Source: Antedon mediterranea (Eukaryota; Animalia; Echinodermata). From it: a stretch of 64,000 nt of DNA. Location of the stretch: positions 3,968,001-4,032,000 of the forward strand of contig NC_092674.1 in NCBI RefSeq assembly GCF_964355755.1, in the 5' to 3' direction. Positions 60,315 to 64,000 of the stretch are shown one piece after another; position 1 is the first letter of the stretch, and each line of letters starts with the position of its first letter. Made by a program: the position numbers and the translations under genes. The notes under the pieces were generated by a model that did no database searches, was not told the DNA's origin, and saw nothing but the letters and a program-made list of their open reading frames with translations.

Positions 60315-63300
60315 ATGCAAAGCGTTTTAAACAATATCAAGGGCCACGCCATTGGTGTTGCTGGACTTCTCACTCCAATTTTAAAGGTAATACGTTTTTT
60401 TATATGTTTTAGGCTAGGCCTAGGCTGGAGGTGTCACAGAGATTGAGTGGTAGAGAGGTAGTGAGACGTTCGGATAGGCCCACTTCAACTTGCTAGGCCT
60501 AGCCTAGGTAGGCGAATATAGTCTGCTATCGTATCTAGACCTACACGGTGATGTCGTACATGATGACAGACCTAGCTAGCTTACCAATAATTTCTAAATC
60601 TTAGCTAGTAGTAGGCCTATTTATAGGCCTAGCCTAGTCCTACTTCATATTTTTGTGGACCAAACTGTTAATCAATTTAATCGAAAAAGTGCTGATGCAT
60701 TTGACTAATTTTTAACCTTTTTTGTAAACATTTTTTAGGAGTCAAAGTTTAAGGAAACGGGGGTATTAACCCCAGAGGAGTTTGAAGCTGCAGGAGATCA
60801 CATCGTCCACCACTGTCCAACGTGGAAATGGTCAGCTGGTGATCCAAGTAAATCAAAACCATACTTGCCCAAAGAGAAACAATTTCTTGTAACAAAAAAT
60901 GGTAAGATAAGTTATCGGTTTATTTATTCAACTTTGTTTTACAAGGGTAGCTTCTGTCCCTTTCTTTGTTTTTTTTTATTATAATAGTATATCGTATATT
61001 GTCCTTATTGTATTTTTTTCTTCCAACTTTTTGTTACTGTACTTATTTCTTGGAGCCTAAGCGTAAAGTTTAACTTATATAGACTTCCTTCCATATGTTT
61101 TATTAATTACTATTGAACGTGTTAATATAATTATTATTTGTATGTATTTTTAATATATGTGTGGAGAATATTTATTGACTAAATGAACAGCTGTACTACA
61201 GGAGTACAGCTGACTTGAAGTGAAGAGGCCCTCTTAACAAAAATACAAAACAAACTTAAACAAATGACATTCAAACATAAAGATACAGGAGGATTTATAA
61301 AAGTTAAAATTCTCAAACAGATTTAAAAACGTTAAAATTCATACAACCATCTTTTTAAATGTTAAAATTCATTCAATTTAAATCGGTTGTTGTGAAAAAA
61401 CAGGTTACAAAAAGTATGTTCTTGATTGGTGAATGGTTGTATTTGTTCTCACTTATTAGTGCCTTGTCATAAACGATGCAAGCAAATGGAATACCAAGAC
61501 GAAAATGAAGCCATTATAGAAGCAGATGATGGAGATGGGGGTTGGGTTGATACACACCACAATGCAGGTATCAGGGAAAAATTTCATTTCAAAATTCTGT
61601 TTAGCAATATTGCTAATCAAAGTTATTTTTGAATCAAGAAACATAGTTTTGTATTGTATTTTTTGCTACACAATTGTACAAATGTGTAGCAATAAGGTTG
61701 TTTTGTATAGCTTTTTGCTATGCTACACTGGCGACATTATTCCCTGCGGTATGGATGCAAAGCTACAAATACGGTACTGATATGCCCAAATATGGTAGTG
61801 ATAAGCCTAAATATGGTAGTGATATGACATCATGTCCACATATGTGATGGTTACTCAGGGAAATTTTCCAAAAAATGCTAAATTTAGACAACTTTTATTT
61901 TTTGACATACAGTAACTGTTTTTTTGACATAACTGGTTACTACAGTTTATCATAATGTGGCATGCACAGAATCACAGAATTTGTTCTGCGCATGCTAACT
62001 CAATACATTTTGTGAAGTCTTTTTTTTCAATGGAGTACACCATGTAGGTAGACAGATGTATGTGGTAGTCACATGCAATGGTGATAGTGATTAATTATTG
62101 ATTTATACCATCACATCAAACTATTACTTTCGTTAGGAGTGTCCGTGGCCGCAACAGACTTGGCAGGAAACCCAGAAACAGCTACATCAATACCAGAGAG
62201 TTGTCAACAAGATAATGAAGACGACGACGATGATGATGAAGAAGCAGCAGATATGGATGGTATTATAGCAACAATTATGATAGTGATATGATATCATCAT
62301 GTCCATATATGGGCACATCACATTTTTTTGTCACATAAAGTTTGATAGTGTAGACAGAGTTTTGCTCTTGTTGTTCTCCTTTGATAGGAAATTACAGTAC
62401 TGTATACTGTATAAATAAGTAATACATGATCAGAATAACATTGTACAGTATCACTATGTTGATGCACTGGCAATCCAGGTGCATCAGAACTTGTACTACT
62501 TCCTTGTTTTAATACTTTTCTATTTATCATTATAGAATATGTTGGCAGTGGAAAATTAGAAGAAGATGACGAAGATGAGGTAAGTTCTATTAGTTCAATT
62601 GGTGGTGGGGGTTTGCTGTTTAGGGGTGGGGATTTTACGGGGCGGGGGCGGCTGTTTAGGGTGAAAGGTCTGCTGTTTAGGGGGGTGGGGAGTCGGCTTT
62701 TTAGGGGTGGGGTCGGCTGTTTAGGGGTGTGGGGGGGCGCTGTTTAGGGGTGGGGGTCGGCTGTTTAGAGGTGGGGTCGTCTGTTTAGGGTGAAAGGTCT
62801 ACTGTTTTGGTGTGGAGGGTTGGCTGTTTTTGTGTGGAGGGTTGGCTGTTTTTGTGTGGAGGGTTGGCTGTTTAGAGGTAGGGGTTGGCTGTTTAGGGGT
62901 GGGGTCGGCTGTTTAGGGGTGGGGTCGGCTGTTTTGGTGTGGAGGGTTGGCTGTTTTAGGGTGGGGGTGGGGTTTGGCTGTTTAGGGTGGGGGGTGGGGA
63001 TTGGCTGTTTAGGGGTGGGGGTGGGGGTTGGCTGTTTAGGGGTGGGGGTTGGCTGTTTAGGGGTGGGGGTGGGGGTTGGCTGTTTAGGGGTGGGGTCGGC
63101 TGTTTAGGGGTGGGGTCAGCTGTTTAGGGTGAAAGGTCTGCTTTTAGGGGTGGAGAGTTTGCTGTTTAGGGGTGTGGGCAGCTGTTTAGTGGTGTGATAA
63201 TAGAAATAGTCGAGCAGTAGTATTGTGTTAAAAGAATTGATCTGTTTTTACCAGATCGTTCTGTAGGCTGCCATTTTGGTTTATTCTCGCATGCAATAAG

Positions 63301-64000
63301 CTTGAATCTCGTAGAATATGTGGCTATAGTGCACAAACCAAATAGTGTTATTATAATTTTAATGTAAATTTTCTTTTATTTGAAAGGCAACTTTAGATGC
63401 CAGTGCAGCAGCTGGTACTACAAGTGAAGGCGCTACAGGGGGAGTTGAAAATGGAATTCTACAAACAAGGACATACGATTTAAACATAACATATGATAGG
63501 TACTACCAAACACCTAGGCTTTGGTTGTATGGCTATGATGAGGTAATGACCCAAGTGGTTAAATAGTAGTATGAAGAATATCAGAACAGTTTAGATAGGC
63601 CTTTGCTTGTGGGTATTGGCCTGCGTGTATTTCCCTGTATGTCTCTGTGTTGCGTGTATGTCCCTATGTTGCGTGTATGTCCCTATGTTGCGTGTATGTC
63701 CCTGTGCGTGTATGTCCATGTGTTTCATTATGTGCCTCAGCCTGTACATCTCTGTGTTGCATCCTAGTGGAAACTATGCTTTAGTAAACCTTGTCCATAT
63801 ATGGGTACATCGCATTTGTTTTTCACATAAAGTTTGATAGTTTAGATTTATTTTAACAGTTGATAAATGTTCTATTTTAGAACCGAAAACCACTAACAGT
63901 TGAACAGATGTATGAAGACATTAGCCAAGACCATGCCAAGAAAACAGTTACCATGGAAACACATCCTAATTTACCACAGACGATGTGTTCAGTACACCCA
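60315..64000 (+). CDS. ATG3: Autophagy E2-like conjugating enzyme ATG3 (3' end beyond window)
   Basis: Exons 60315-60386, 60739-60901, 61460-61567, 62137-62259, 62536-62579, 63387-63542, 63881->64000. Motifs [58 protein letters not shown]. The window ends at SVHP, just before the catalytic Cys. ETS site CACTTCCGG at about 60203. Confidence 0.96.
62603..63195 (+). repeat. G-rich minisatellite (GGCTGTTTAGGGGTGGGGTC-type)
   Basis: About 25 variable units of 20-27 bp in ATG3 intron 5. Confidence 0.9.
63620..63725 (+). repeat. Short ~19-bp tandem repeat
   Basis: GCGTGTATGTCCCTATGTT units. Confidence 0.7.

Noticed and set aside
62790-63107. Gly/Val-rich ORF or telomeric repeat
   Set aside because: Translation of the minisatellite. 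TTAGGG occurs only within longer units, not as a telomeric tandem array.

Overview
AT-rich eukaryotic (metazoan) genomic DNA with spliceosomal introns. An invertebrate deuterostome such as an echinoderm is plausible, but that is inference. The window has two compartments. (1) About 1-25.5 kb is a gene-free nest of DNA transposons. A composite PIF/Harbinger element (1811-23663) contains an 11.25-kb foldback element with a 7-bp TSD whose arms are two inverted arrays of a 106-bp satellite; that element is itself interrupted by an Academ-like foldback. The composite also holds a hAT element, LINE fragments and a Harbinger MITE, which carries a full-length but decayed two-gene Harbinger (transposase plus MADF gene, apparently interleaved). 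A second MITE follows in tandem. (2) About 26-64 kb is genic. It holds a 399-aa protein made only of four death-effector domains (-), ACADVL (-, 15 coding exons) head-to-head with a SHIP2/INPPL1-like gene (+, 25 coding exons, SH2/5-phosphatase/C2/Pro-rich/SAM), and the 5' part of ATG3 (+). Introns carry about 18 copies of one Harbinger MITE, tRNA-derived SINEs, a solo LTR and a CR1 fragment. Short TA-flanked micro-insertions (TAGGCCTA, TACTGTA, TACCGTA) resembling excision footprints are pervasive and cluster beside promoters. Exon boundaries were read by eye and checked for phase continuity. No database searches were run.
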